Of a DNA stretch of 64,000 nucleotides, positions 40,343 through 51,500 are shown piece by piece. Both the position numbers and the translations under genes were made by a program. This stretch comes from Verrucomicrobiales bacterium (lineage in GTDB: Bacteria > Verrucomicrobiota > Verrucomicrobiia > Verrucomicrobiales > V1-33), in NCBI GenBank assembly GCA_031411295.1, contig JANOAV010000174.1:1-64000 (forward strand). The letters run 5' to 3'. Every line of letters starts with the position of its first letter. The first letter of the stretch is position 1. The notes below the pieces were generated by a model. That model was not told the DNA's origin, searched no databases, and saw only the letters and a list, made by a program, of their open reading frames with translations.

Positions 40343-41002
40343 ATGAACCAGAACCCAAACCAACCATCCCAAGAGGAAGCCCTCACCCGGTTTATCGACG
40401 GAGAGGCCTCCGTGCCCCAACCGTCGCTGCCGCCGGAATGGCTGACTGAGAAAGCCGCTGCCCAGCAGGTGGGAAATCTGCTCCGGGCTCATCTGCCAGC
40501 CCATCAAGAGCCGCCGTCGGAGGAATTCTTCGTTTCCCAACTGATGCAGAAAATTGCGGAGGAAAGCCCACAACTTGCTCCAATTTCCAACGTGATCGCC
40601 CCCAGTTTCTGGAGTCGATTCCGCGTCTGGCTGGCACCCCTGGCCACCGCTGCAGCGGTGCTGGTAGTGGGTGGAGTGGTGTTGCAACAGAAGGCGGCCA
40701 CCACGGAACAGAAATTGGCGAAAATGACCACCATTGGCAGCCGCATCCAGGCTTATACGCCAGATCCCAAGGTCTCGGCCAGCTTGAAATTTGACGACTC
40801 CGCGCAAGCCACCGTTATCAACTTGGTGGGCTTGGAAGCCGTGCCGGACACCCAGGAAATCAAGGCCTACAATGTGGCCAGCAGTCGTGCCTCCAGCCCC
40901 GGTGCGCCTCAGCAGTTCTTTGCTGCCAATGATCCCACCAAATTACTCTTCGTTATGTTTCCGGGCCAGGATGGAGCCCCGGCCATCCACGAATTACACT
41001 AA
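40343..41002 (+). CDS. putative anti-sigma factor
   Basis: Directly after ECF gene; LTRFIDGE N-terminus, single TM, periplasmic C-terminus. Confidence 0.7.
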   Translation: MNQNPNQPSQEEALTRFIDGEASVPQPSLPPEWLTEKAAAQQVGNLLRAHLPAHQEPPSEEFFVSQLMQKIAEESPQLAPISNVIAPSFWSRFRVWLAPLATAAAVLVVGGVVLQQKAATTEQKLAKMTTIGSRIQAYTPDPKVSASLKFDDSAQATVINLVGLEAVPDTQEIKAYNVASSRASSPGAPQQFFAANDPTKLLFVMFPGQDGAPAIHELH

Positions 41003-41007
41003 TTGTC

Positions 41008-41505
41008 ATGAGGAATCTCTGCTGCCTGATCCTGCTCTTGTTCGCCCTCTCCTCGGCCCCGCCCCTGCGTGCGGCCGACCCGGAGGACAAGGTCGTGGGC
41101 TTGCTGGATGGATTGCTCTTTTTTGCCACGAACGACAAAGTTTCTGAGGTGACGGAGGAAATGCAGGAAGCTGCGGCCACCCTGGATCCCAAGCTGATGG
41201 CAGACTTGCGGTTGCGGCTGGCCAAGGCCTTTCCCGAGCAGAAAAATTACCAACTGCTGGGACGGCACACCCAGAATGTGCTGCAGCAATATGAGAGTTG
41301 GGTGGTGCCCTCAAAGGACCTCTGCCTGAAGATCGATTCCCGCGGCCCTACAGCCGATAATGGGATCAAACTCCACGTCCAACTTTGGCAGGAAAAGAAA
41401 GTGCTCGTGAAATGTGACGCTGTCCTCAAGCCCGCCAACCCGGTATTTATCGGCGGTCCCAATTGGCGCGGCGGTCGCTTGGTTTTTGTGGTGGTGCAGA
41501 AGTAA
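41008..41505 (+). CDS. secreted hypothetical protein, third gene of the ECF operon
   Basis: Signal peptide; 5-nt gap; ends FIGGPNWRGGRLVFVV. Confidence 0.75.
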   Translation: MRNLCCLILLLFALSSAPPLRAADPEDKVVGLLDGLLFFATNDKVSEVTEEMQEAAATLDPKLMADLRLRLAKAFPEQKNYQLLGRHTQNVLQQYESWVVPSKDLCLKIDSRGPTADNGIKLHVQLWQEKKVLVKCDAVLKPANPVFIGGPNWRGGRLVFVVVQK

Positions 41506-41634
41506 TTCCGAACGGTGGTCCGCACAGTCCTCTGTGTATTGGAATATCATGAGCCGGCCAGAGGACTTTGCAGTCAACCTCGTTGCTTTTAGTCATTCCT
41601 CTTGCCCCGGTGGGAAATTCAGTCGAATTAGGAC

Positions 41635-42897
41635 GTGTCTATGAATGAACCTGCCACCAGTCCCGCTCCTGTTTCCGTCCCCCGTCCGCGCAAAGTCAAT
41701 GTGCGCACGCCGGAGGTGATGACGCGCGTGCAGGCCCAGGTGGAGACGCATTACCGCAGCAGCGTGGTGGAACGAATTCGGCAGGCTGGGGGAGTGCTCA
41801 AGATTGGGCACACCACGGTGCGTTTGGCGAAACAATTCGGATTCTGTTATGGCGTCGAGCGGGCGATTGATCTGGCCTATGCCGCGCGCAAAGTTTTCTC
41901 GGACAAGAAATTGTTTCTCATTGGGGAAATCATTCACAACCCGGAAGTGAATCGGCAACTGAAGGAAATGGACATCGAATTCATGCCGAATCCCGTGCCG
42001 GAGGAACGCATTCGGCAGTTGTCGGCGGATGATGTGGTGATCGTGCCAGCGTTTGGCGCGGAGACGGCTACGATGAACCAGATTCACGAACAGGGTTGCA
42101 TGGTGGTTGATACCACCTGTGGGGATGTCATGAGCGTGTGGCGTCGGGTGCGGGATTATGCCAAACGCGGCTATACCTCGGTGATTCATGGCAAGGCGCA
42201 GCATGAGGAAACACGCGCCACCTCCTCCCGCGCGTTGGGTGAAGCAGGGACAGGACACTATTTGGTGATCCTCACGCTGGCAGACTGTGATTACGTTTGT
42301 GACTACATTCGGCACGGAGGAAACAAAACGGAATTCCTCGCACGATTCAGAGGAGCGGTCTCACCAGGGTTCGATCCGGATCTGCACTTGGTGCGCATTG
42401 GGGTGGCGAATCAGACGACGATGTTGAAATCGGAAACCCAGGAATTGGAGCGTCGCATCGCCCAAGCAGTGCGGGACCGCGATGGCGTGGCCGAGGGGAA
42501 TGGAGAAAATTTCACCTACTTCGATACGATTTGCGGAGCCACCCAGGAACGTCAGGACGCGCTCTATGAATTGCTCAAGGAACCCCTGGCGGCTTTGCTG
42601 GTGGTGGGCGGATATAATAGCTCGAACACCGCCCACTTGGTGGAAATTGGTCAGGAACAACTCCCGACCTTTTTCATTCGGGATGCAGCTTGCCTGACTT
42701 CATTGGAGGAAATTGTGCATTATGATCTCCACCATAAGAGCGAGTCCACCAGTCGCACCGCCGTGTTAGCGAGTGCGGAGCCGGTGGTCATCGGAATTAC
42801 GGCAGGTGCCTCCTGCCCGAATAATCTCATTGAAGAAACCGTGCTGCGGGTCTTCGCGCTGCGTGGTATTTCCCCGGAACAAGTGCTAGCTGTATGA
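41635..42897 (+). CDS. ispH: 4-hydroxy-3-methylbut-2-enyl diphosphate reductase
   Basis: FGFCYGVERAI, EIIHNP, DTTC, NQTT, DTICGATQERQ, SSNT, TAGASCP. Confidence 0.95.
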   Translation: MSMNEPATSPAPVSVPRPRKVNVRTPEVMTRVQAQVETHYRSSVVERIRQAGGVLKIGHTTVRLAKQFGFCYGVERAIDLAYAARKVFSDKKLFLIGEIIHNPEVNRQLKEMDIEFMPNPVPEERIRQLSADDVVIVPAFGAETATMNQIHEQGCMVVDTTCGDVMSVWRRVRDYAKRGYTSVIHGKAQHEETRATSSRALGEAGTGHYLVILTLADCDYVCDYIRHGGNKTEFLARFRGAVSPGFDPDLHLVRIGVANQTTMLKSETQELERRIAQAVRDRDGVAEGNGENFTYFDTICGATQERQDALYELLKEPLAALLVVGGYNSSNTAHLVEIGQEQLPTFFIRDAACLTSLEEIVHYDLHHKSESTSRTAVLASAEPVVIGITAGASCPNNLIEETVLRVFALRGISPEQVLAV

Positions 42898-43550
42898 AGC
42901 CATCTGAAGTCGAAATCTTTACTTCCCTGCAACAAAGCGCCATTGTGGCGGTGTTGATGATTGACCGTGTCGAAGATGCGGTGCCGGTGGCGGAAGCCCT
43001 GTTGGCTGGGGGCGTGAACGCCATGGAACTCACGCTGCGCACACCTGCTGCCATGGGCGCGTTGGTGAAAATCAGGCGTCACGTGCCTGCAATGATGGCG
43101 GGGATTGGCACCATCCTCACCACCGATCAGGTGCAGCAGGTGGTGGACAGTGGAGCCTCCTTCGGGGTGGCACCGGGAATGAATCCCCGCATCGTGGAAT
43201 GCGCGTTGCATGCGGGACTGCCCTTCGCCCCCGGCATTTGCACGCCGAGCGATATCGAACGCGCCTTGGAATTCGATCGGAAATTTCTCAAATTTTTCCC
43301 GTGTGAACCCTGCGGCGGTTTGAAGTATTTGGATGCTATTGCCGCTCCGTATGCCCATCTGGGTCTGAAATACGTTCCCCTTGGCGGCGTGAATCAGGAT
43401 AACTGCAGCACTTATTTGCAGAACCCGAATGTGGGAGCGCTGGGCGGTTCTTGGCTGGCTCCCAAACCGCTAATCGCAGCCAAAGACTGGGCCGCCATTG
43501 AAACCAACGCCCGCTTGGCGATTGCGGCCCGGGATCAAGTGCGAGGGTAG
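42894..43550 (+). CDS. eda: KDPG/KHG aldolase
   Basis: ELTLRT, GIGTIL, PGICTPSDI, LKFFP, PLGGV, GGSW. Confidence 0.93.
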   Translation: MKPSEVEIFTSLQQSAIVAVLMIDRVEDAVPVAEALLAGGVNAMELTLRTPAAMGALVKIRRHVPAMMAGIGTILTTDQVQQVVDSGASFGVAPGMNPRIVECALHAGLPFAPGICTPSDIERALEFDRKFLKFFPCEPCGGLKYLDAIAAPYAHLGLKYVPLGGVNQDNCSTYLQNPNVGALGGSWLAPKPLIAAKDWAAIETNARLAIAARDQVRG

Positions 43551-43576
43551 TGGCCGAAATCTCCATCATGGACACA

Positions 43577-43606
43577 GCAAAGCCGACTGACTCCAGTCGG
43601 CCTTGC
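43577..43606. terminator. hairpin between convergent eda and ndk
   Basis: gcaaagccgactg-actc-cagtcggccttgc. Confidence 0.6.
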
Positions 43607-43628
43607 AGTGAGTTTTGGGCGGCTCAGC

Positions 43629-44048
43629 TTAAAGCACTTCGCCAGCCTTGAAGAAGCGCTTCAGTTCGGCCTCGGCAGCTTCCAGGCCGTCGCTGGCGTG
43701 GCAGACGTTGATCATATTATCGACGCCCAGGTCGCCCCGGATGGTGCCTTTTTCCGCTTTGCGGGAGTCGGTTGGCCCGAGCATGTCCCGCACGGCGGAA
43801 ATGACGTTTTCTCCGCTGAGGGCCAGCGCGATGACCGGACTGGTCTGCATGAAGGCGGCTACGTCGGGGAAGAATGGCTTGTCGGCAATGTGGGAGTAGT
43901 GCTCGCGCAGGATGGCGTCGTCCAACTGCATGAGTTTGAGACCGCGGATTTTGTATCCGGCGGCTTCGAAGCGCTTGAGGACCTCACCGCAGTTGCCTTT
44001 GGTGACGGTGTCGGGTTTCAGGAGAATGAGAGTAGTTTCTTGTGACAT
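43629..44048 (-). CDS. ndk: nucleoside diphosphate kinase
   Basis: TLILLKPD, KPFF, GTIRGD, NVCHASD. Confidence 0.96.
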   Translation of the reverse strand: MSQETTLILLKPDTVTKGNCGEVLKRFEAAGYKIRGLKLMQLDDAILREHYSHIADKPFFPDVAAFMQTSPVIALALSGENVISAVRDMLGPTDSRKAEKGTIRGDLGVDNMINVCHASDGLEAAEAELKRFFKAGEVL

Positions 44049-44209
44049 GGGCGGTGGATTTAGTCAGTTTTGCCCAGTTTGCAAGAAGCCTTCTCAGGGA
44101 AAATGGTCATTTAGTTGCGAGAACGGGGAAATTTGTGCTTTTCCTTGCGATTTAGATGAGGTTGGTTAAAGCAACCGTAGCGCGCAGTTTGGCGCGACCA
44201 ATCACAAAA

Positions 44210-45226
44210 ATGACATCCACTATCGCCAATAGCCCATCGGGGACCGACCTGGACGAGCGCTTCGCTCAGGGGTTCAAGTGGATGCTCCTCTCGCGGACGC
44301 TGGAGGAGAAAATTTCCAGTCTGTATGGAGCGGGCAAAATTGTCGGCGGCGTGTATTTGGGTAAAGGGCAGGAAGCCTTTAGCACCGCGCTGGCCATGAG
44401 TTTGCAACGCGGAAAGGACGTCTTCGCCCCGCTGATCCGGGATCAGGCTGGGCGCATGGCCTTTGGCGAGGACATGATCGATACCCTGCGGACTTACCTT
44501 GGATCTGTGTTAGGGCCGATGCGGGGCCGGGACGGAAATATTCACCGAGGCCGCCCGGATCGAGGCATGCCAGCGATGATTTCCCATCTGGGAGCCATGA
44601 TTTCTGTCGTCTGCGGGATGCTCATGGCGCGTCGCTTCCGCGGGCTGACCGACGTGGTGGGGGCCAGCTCGATTGGCGATGGAGGCACTTCGACGGGCGC
44701 CTTCCACGAAGCGTTAAATTTAGCGGCGGTGGAAAAATTGCCGTTAGTGGTTGCCGTGGCCAACAATCAATTTGCTTATTCCACCCCCAACGATCGGCAG
44801 TTCGCCTGTCGGGACCTGGTGGAGAAGGCCGCTGGATATGGGATCGCTGGCCACAGTGTGGACGGCTTGGACTTGGCTGCTTGTTTGGAAGTGTTCGGTC
44901 AAGCTGTGGCACAGGCTCGCAACGGCGGGGGGCCGCAGTTGGTGGTCGGTTCCATGCTGCGCCTCTGCGGTCATGGGGAGCACGATGATGCCTCCTACGT
45001 GCCTGCTGAATTAAAGGCCAGCGCTCAGGATTGCTTGAAACGAGCCCGCGAACAAATGCTGGCGCGTAATTTGGCGACTCCTCAGCAGTTGGAAGTGATG
45101 GAAGCCGAGGCCTACGAGGTCGTGCAGGCGACTGTGATCCAGGTGCAAAATGAACCCACCCCGAACCCAGCCCAAGAAACCTGGACTCCACTGGCGTCCA
45201 GTTGGCTGATGGAGGGAATCGCATGA
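44210..45226 (+). CDS. TPP-dependent 2-oxoacid dehydrogenase E1 alpha subunit
   Basis: GQEA, GDGGTSTGAFHEALN...NNQFA, RLCGHGEHD. Confidence 0.9.
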   Translation: MTSTIANSPSGTDLDERFAQGFKWMLLSRTLEEKISSLYGAGKIVGGVYLGKGQEAFSTALAMSLQRGKDVFAPLIRDQAGRMAFGEDMIDTLRTYLGSVLGPMRGRDGNIHRGRPDRGMPAMISHLGAMISVVCGMLMARRFRGLTDVVGASSIGDGGTSTGAFHEALNLAAVEKLPLVVAVANNQFAYSTPNDRQFACRDLVEKAAGYGIAGHSVDGLDLAACLEVFGQAVAQARNGGGPQLVVGSMLRLCGHGEHDDASYVPAELKASAQDCLKRAREQMLARNLATPQQLEVMEAEAYEVVQATVIQVQNEPTPNPAQETWTPLASSWLMEGIA

Positions 45227-46188
45227 GTATCACCTATCTCGAAGCCATCCGTGAGGCCATGCGCCAAGCCCTAACGCAGGATGATGCGGTCTTCCTCTAC
45301 GGCCAGGACATTGGCAGTTTTGGCGGAGCCTTCAAGGCCACGAAGAATCTCGCCAACGAGTTTCCCGGGCGTGTCTTGGATGCCCCGATCAGTGAGGATG
45401 CCATGCTCGGCATGGCCATCGGAGCTGCGATTGATGGGATGCGGCCCATTGTGGAAATGCAGTTTGCGGACTTCTCCAGCATCGCCTTCAACCAGATTGT
45501 TAATCAGGCGGCCACTCACTTCTGGCGCACGGGCGTGCCTTGTCCGTTGGTGGTGCGGCTGCCCAGCGGCGGCACCTCTGGCAGCGGGCCATTTCACAGC
45601 CAATCGTTGGAGAGCATCTACGCTCATTTCCCCGGCTTGATCGTGCTGACGCCAGCTACGGTGGGGGATGCCTACTCCATGCTGTTGGAAGCGGTGAAAT
45701 TGAATGATCCAGTGATCTTCTGCGAACACAAATTCCTTTATTACCACCTCAAGGCCGATGGCTTGCCGACGGAAAATTTACCCATCGGCAAAGCGCGTAT
45801 CGCCCGCCACGGCAAGCACGCCACCCTGGTGACCTACAGCGCCATGCTGCACGAAAGCTTGCGTGCGGCGGATGAGTTAGCGCAGGATGGCTACGAAATC
45901 GAGGTCGTGGACCTGCGCAGCGTGAAGCCGCTGGACACGGATACCGTGCTAGCCAGCGTGGCGCGCACGGGGCGTTTGTTAGTGGTCGGGGAAAGTTTCC
46001 CGTGGGGCGGGGTCAGCGCAGAAGTGATCAGTCGCGTGGTGACCGATGGATTCCATTTGCTGGACGCTCCACCGCAGCGGCTTAACTCCAAGGACACGCC
46101 CATTCCTTACCACCCGAATCTCTGGGGCACCCACCGCCCCACGGCCAATACCATCAGCCAGGAGTTGCGACGCTTGGTTGGGTTCTAA
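45223..46188 (+). CDS. 2-oxoacid dehydrogenase E1 beta subunit
   Basis: ATGA overlap; DAPISE, EMQFADF, GPFHSQ, PVIFCEHK, VDLRSVKPLD. Confidence 0.92.
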   Translation: MSITYLEAIREAMRQALTQDDAVFLYGQDIGSFGGAFKATKNLANEFPGRVLDAPISEDAMLGMAIGAAIDGMRPIVEMQFADFSSIAFNQIVNQAATHFWRTGVPCPLVVRLPSGGTSGSGPFHSQSLESIYAHFPGLIVLTPATVGDAYSMLLEAVKLNDPVIFCEHKFLYYHLKADGLPTENLPIGKARIARHGKHATLVTYSAMLHESLRAADELAQDGYEIEVVDLRSVKPLDTDTVLASVARTGRLLVVGESFPWGGVSAEVISRVVTDGFHLLDAPPQRLNSKDTPIPYHPNLWGTHRPTANTISQELRRLVGF

Positions 46189-47042
46189 GCGAAGACCACG
46201 GTCTTGTTGTCATAGGGCAGCACTTTCTGCCGCACATGCCACATGACGGCCCGCGAGAGCACGATCTTTTCCAGATCCTTGCCTAACCGCACCAGATCTT
46301 CCACGGATTGACGATGCGAAACGCGGATTACGTCCTGTTCGATGATCGGTCCTTCATCCAAGTCCGCCGTCACATAGTGGCTGGTGGCCCCAATGATTTT
46401 CACGCCCCGACGGTGAGCGGAGTGATACGGCCGGGCTCCGGGAAAGGCGGGCAGGAAACTATGATGGATGTTGATGATCCGATTCCGGTAAATCGTTGCG
46501 AAATTATCGCTGAGAATTTGCATATAGCGCGCCAGCACCACGGTATCGATGTCATTTGCCTCCAGCAGCGCCAGTTGTTTGGCTTCCTGTTCGGCTTTGT
46601 TCGTGGCCGTGATCGGGAAGACGTGAAATGGAATCCCGAAGCGGTCCGCCACCGGTCGCAATAACTCATGATTGCTTACCACCAGGGCAATCTCTGCGCC
46701 CAGTTCTCCGGCATCACTGCGGGCCAGGAGATCGTAGAGGCAATGCTTGTCTTTGCTGACAAATAAGGCCAGCCGATGCTTGTCATCAGAAAAACTGAGC
46801 GACCATTTCATCTGCCGCGGCTCTGCCACATATTGGAACACCCGGGCCACTTCCTCCCGCGGAATGCGGAACCCATCCAATTGCCATTCCACCCGCATGA
46901 AGAACACCCCTGCGTCCGCATCGGTATGTTGATCCAGATGCACCACGTTACCGCCATTTTCATAAATGAAGTCGGCAACGCAACGCACCAGACCGGGTTG
47001 GTCAGGGCAGTGAATCAGGAGAATGGCGGTAGGGCTGGGCAT
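46185..47042 (-). CDS. purU: formyltetrahydrofolate deformylase
   Basis: CPDQPGLV ACT domain, LARYMQIL, INIHHSFLPAF, GVKIIGATSH, LDEGPII. Confidence 0.96.
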   Translation of the reverse strand: MPSPTAILLIHCPDQPGLVRCVADFIYENGGNVVHLDQHTDADAGVFFMRVEWQLDGFRIPREEVARVFQYVAEPRQMKWSLSFSDDKHRLALFVSKDKHCLYDLLARSDAGELGAEIALVVSNHELLRPVADRFGIPFHVFPITATNKAEQEAKQLALLEANDIDTVVLARYMQILSDNFATIYRNRIINIHHSFLPAFPGARPYHSAHRRGVKIIGATSHYVTADLDEGPIIEQDVIRVSHRQSVEDLVRLGKDLEKIVLSRAVMWHVRQKVLPYDNKTVVFA

Positions 47043-47301
47043 AGCGATGAGACCGATAGCTTGAATTCAAGCGGTGGCAAGCGTCGGCTTGAGGGGCGAA
47101 GTTCATCGATCCGACAAGGAAATCGCACCGTAGCCGTCGGAGTCCAATCCGAAGTCGTGATCCACGCCGAAAAGGCCTGCTTCGCCTTCTGCAGGAAGCA
47201 GTTCACGCTAAACATCCGTAACTTTTTTGTCCTGCACCCTCTCCGAATTCTTCCTTCATTTTAATGTTGACCTAACGGGCGAAAACTCAAACAATGGCCG
47301 T

Positions 47302-48492
47302 ATGAGCATTCCAAGACTTCTCTTTCTCCCTGTTCTGGCTGGCGCTGAATTACAGGCGGCACCCACTTTTTCCACCGATGTCGGTGGAGGTGTCACCACG
47401 GATCTCTTTGATATTTCCCAGGGTGCTCAGGTGATTCAGACGACGAATGTCTTGCAGTTTGGCGGGGAAGATATTCGCGAAGCGTTTGGCGGCAGCGGGG
47501 GCATTGAGGGTGGCAACGTGATCTTTGAGGATGGGCCGGGCTTGGGATCCATTGATACGGTGCTGTGGCAGACGGCCCAGACGATCAATCTCACTTCTGT
47601 GGAACTACGTTTCTCGCAAGACGGGGCCAGCCCGAATCGAGGGACCGCGGCTTATAATTTGTTCTCCACCCAGGATGGCATCAACTATACTTCTGTTTCT
47701 AGTGGGGCGGTTCCGTTGGTCGGTGGGCCAGGGACTTCGATGGTAAATAACGCGCTGCTGATCAGTGACGCGGCCTTGGGGGCGGGCACTACAGCGGTGA
47801 GGGGATTCAAGTTAGAGATAACGCGGAATTCTGGCGCGGGTCCACGTTTTGTCGAGATCGATGGGATGGGATCGATCACCACACAGACAGCCAATTATCA
47901 TGATCGGCTGGCGTTTAATTCCATTACTAATGGCGCTTACATGGGACAAGCGGGCAACGATGAAGCGCCCGGTTCGGCCACGAACTTTTCTACCAGTCCC
48001 AGTATCGGTGGGAACACGGATGATGTGCGGGAAGCCTTCGGCAAAACGGGCGGTCCCATTGAGCCAGGGACGTTTATCTTCGATGATGGTGGGACGGCGG
48101 ATAATGGCAATACCATCTTTGGAGACGGCGGGGAGTTTGTCGATTTCATCGCGTGGCAATCGACCACGCCTTTGACGCTGGCGGGTTTCAAACTAAGCCT
48201 CACGGGTGATGGTGGCGGCAATCCATTCCGCGATACGGAGTTGGTGCGTTTTCTGGTGGAAGGAACGCAGGTGGACTTGTTTGATAACAATGGCTTCGAC
48301 GGAGATGTGACGCGGCTTTTTGCAGGCGGGGCGGTCGTGGGGGATGATTTCCGCATTGAGTTCACGCGCACGACCACTGGGGGCGCTCGGTTGCTTGAAA
48401 TTGACGCCATTCTCGGGGTGGTGCCGGAGCCTAGTTCGATGATGTTAGGCCTTGTCGGTGGCCTGGTTCTGTTCCGCCGCCGTCGCGCCTAG
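47302..48492 (+). CDS. PEP-CTERM surface protein with two tandem beta-sandwich (discoidin-like) domains
   Basis: Start MSIPRLL; C-terminal VPEPSSMMLGLVGGLVLFRRRRA; internal duplication (DIREAFG/DVREAFG; RFVEIDG/RLLEIDA). Confidence 0.88.
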   Translation: MSIPRLLFLPVLAGAELQAAPTFSTDVGGGVTTDLFDISQGAQVIQTTNVLQFGGEDIREAFGGSGGIEGGNVIFEDGPGLGSIDTVLWQTAQTINLTSVELRFSQDGASPNRGTAAYNLFSTQDGINYTSVSSGAVPLVGGPGTSMVNNALLISDAALGAGTTAVRGFKLEITRNSGAGPRFVEIDGMGSITTQTANYHDRLAFNSITNGAYMGQAGNDEAPGSATNFSTSPSIGGNTDDVREAFGKTGGPIEPGTFIFDDGGTADNGNTIFGDGGEFVDFIAWQSTTPLTLAGFKLSLTGDGGGNPFRDTELVRFLVEGTQVDLFDNNGFDGDVTRLFAGGAVVGDDFRIEFTRTTTGGARLLEIDAILGVVPEPSSMMLGLVGGLVLFRRRRA

Positions 48493-48545
48493 AATCATAA
48501 ATTTTAAACATCGCGTTCGGGGGTGTTGGTGACTAGGATTGCGCC

Positions 48546-51500
48546 ATGAAAACACATTTTTTAGCAGTCGGACAGCTTGTCCTCGCTCAGTGTGCGTTGG
48601 CTGCTCCGGTCTTTACCACCAATGGGAGCGGAGGGTCAGCCACAGACCGATTCGACATCTCGCAAGGTGCGGCAGTCATACATTCTACGAATCAACATAA
48701 CGGTGCCGGCGCATCGGATGTGCGCCAAATCTTCGGTCTGCCCAGTGCCGGCGCGTGGGTGGAGCCGGGCAATGCCATCTTCGCAGATGGCTTTGGCCTT
48801 GGGTTCGTGGATACCGTTGATTGGCAAACGCCACAGCCGTTGGATCTGACGAGCATGGAGCTGCGCCTCTCCCAAGATGGTGCCAGCGCGTTGCGGGGAT
48901 GCTCTGCCTTCGAACTGCTGGGAAGCGCGGATGGGGTGAATTTCGCCATCCTATCAACCGGAACCATTCCCGCCGGGGCATCGGGAAATGCCAACGTGCC
49001 CCTGCTGATTAGCGATACGGCACTCACGAATGCCGCTGGCGTGCGCGCCTTCCGTTTGCAACTCACTCGCCAAACGAATGGTGGGCCGCGCGTGTCCGAA
49101 TGCGATGCTCAGGGAACCATTTCCACAACTCCAGCGGGCACGTTTCTAGATCGGTTAGCGTTTAATGCCGCCACCAATACTTACACCGGAAGAGGCGGAG
49201 CAGTCTGGGATGATGAGGGGCCGGGATTGGCTGCGGGATTCACGTTCAGTAGCGCTGTGTTAGGGACGGATACGGTGGAAGATGCTTTTGGTAATAAGAA
49301 TGGCACGGTGGAGCCAGAGGACTTCATTCTAGGCGATGGTGGAGAACCGGACAATGGAGATCAAATAGTGGGCACCGGTGGGGAAATGGTGGATTTCATT
49401 CAGTGGCACACCAGCCAGCCGCTAAGCCTGGCAGGCTTCCGAATCGCCCTCTCGGGAGATGGTGCTTCGGCTAATCGGGATACCGAAATGGTGCAATTTT
49501 TGGTGGAAGGCGTGGTGGTGGATTGTTTCGATAACAACGGCTTCGATGGCGTGGTGACGAGGATGTTTGTTGATGGCGCGATCACAGGGGATGATTTCAG
49601 AATTGAGTTCACGCGCACGACATCATCCGGTGGTCGGATTTTCGACATTGATGCCATCACCGGCCCAGCGGGAAGCCACTCGGGCGGTGTGGTGATCAAT
49701 GAGGTCTGCGCGGAGAATGACAGTTCTTTGAAAGATGAAGATGGCGATTCGCCAGACTGGCTGGAACTCTATAACAACAACGACGTGGACGTCGATCTAA
49801 GTGGCTGGGGGCTCAGCGATGTCGCCACGAGCCCCCTGAAATGGACGTTCCCCGCCGGGGCCACGATCCCCGCACGGCGTTATGTCATGATTTTCCTATC
49901 AGATAAAAATCGCGCAGTAGTAGGCGCTCCGTGGCACACGAATTTCCAACTCAAAGCAGCGGGCGAAGCGGTGTTCCTGACGAAGCCAGATCTCACGTTA
50001 GCCGATAGCGCGGCAGCCGTGCCTTTGCGGGATGACGTGACTTACGGTCGATTCCCTAATGGCACGGGAGCCTGGAAATATTTCGTGGCGGCATCGCCTG
50101 CTAAAACCAACACGTTGTTTACGGCCTGGGACAGCATCGTCTTCGATAAACCACATTTTTCCGTGCCCGGCGGTTTCTATGCGGCCGCCCCAGCGCTGAC
50201 CCTGAGCACCACCGAAGCGGGTGTGACCATTCGCTATACGCTGGATGGCTCCGAACCACAGCCCACCTCATCAGAGTTCCTAACACCGCTAGTCATCACC
50301 ACCAAAGCGGGCCAGCCGAAAGTGCTCTCGCTGATCCAAGGCACGTCCACTCTCAACCAACATACGGATGGCTGGAAAGCGCCTGTGGGCGAGGTTCGGA
50401 AGGCCACGGTGGTGCGCACGCGGGCTTTCCGCATGGGGGCTCCGCCTGGACCTGTGGGCACGCAAACGTATTTCGTGGGCGCAGATGGACCACGGCCAGA
50501 TGGCTTGCCCGTGTTGTCGCTCGCCACTGCTCCGAGCGGATTGTTTGATTACAACCAAGGCATTTACATGCTAGGAAAAATATTCGATGACTACGTGGCC
50601 GCGCATCCTGGCGAAGTGCTCACGGGCCATACTCCGGCAAACTACACGCAACGTGGCAGCGGTTGGGAGCGGGCGACGCATCTGGAATGGTTCGAGCCAT
50701 GGCCGGTGAGCGGTCCGCCCGGGGCCCTGGCAGGCGTGCGCGCTTGGGGCGAACCCATCGGCATGGACATCCAAGGACAATCCTCCCGATCCTTCCGGCA
50801 GAAGAGCTTCGGGGTGAAAGCCCGGGGCACAGCAGGCGTGGACGAGAGCATTGGCTACAATTTTTTCCCTGGACTAACCAAACGCGGCAATGGCAAGCCC
50901 TTGGAGGATTTCCGCCATTTACGACTGCGAAATTACGGCAACGACTGGGACCATGCCATGATGCGGGATTCCTTTGCCGCTAGGCTTTGCCGGGACTTGG
51001 GCACGGACGTCATGAGTTCCCGGCCCGCTTCCATCTACCTCGATGGCGAATACTGGGGCATCCTGGAAATCCGGGAAAATCAAGACGCGCGTTACCTCCA
51101 AGCGCACTATGATTTCAACGACAGTGAAGCCGTCATCGTGCAGGGCTCCGGCGGCTTGGAGCAAGGGATTCCGGGGGATCAAATTCCCTTTACCGACCTG
51201 CTCACCTATTGCGCCACGCATGACCTAGCGAATCAAGCCGACTACGACTACGTGGCGGCCCGCGTGGATGTGCCAGAATGCCTGCGCTATTATCTCAGCG
51301 AAATTTATCTAGCCAATGCCGACTGGCCGCAAAATAACATCCGCCTTTGGCGACGTCGCTTGCCCGTGAATGATCCCCTGCAAGGCTTGGGGCGGGACGG
51401 GCGTTGGCGCTGGTTGATGTTTGATGTGGATCTGGGTTGCGGACATCCATGGAGCGCAGGGGTCACGGAAAACACCCTAGCCGTGGCGCTGGCGCCCAAT

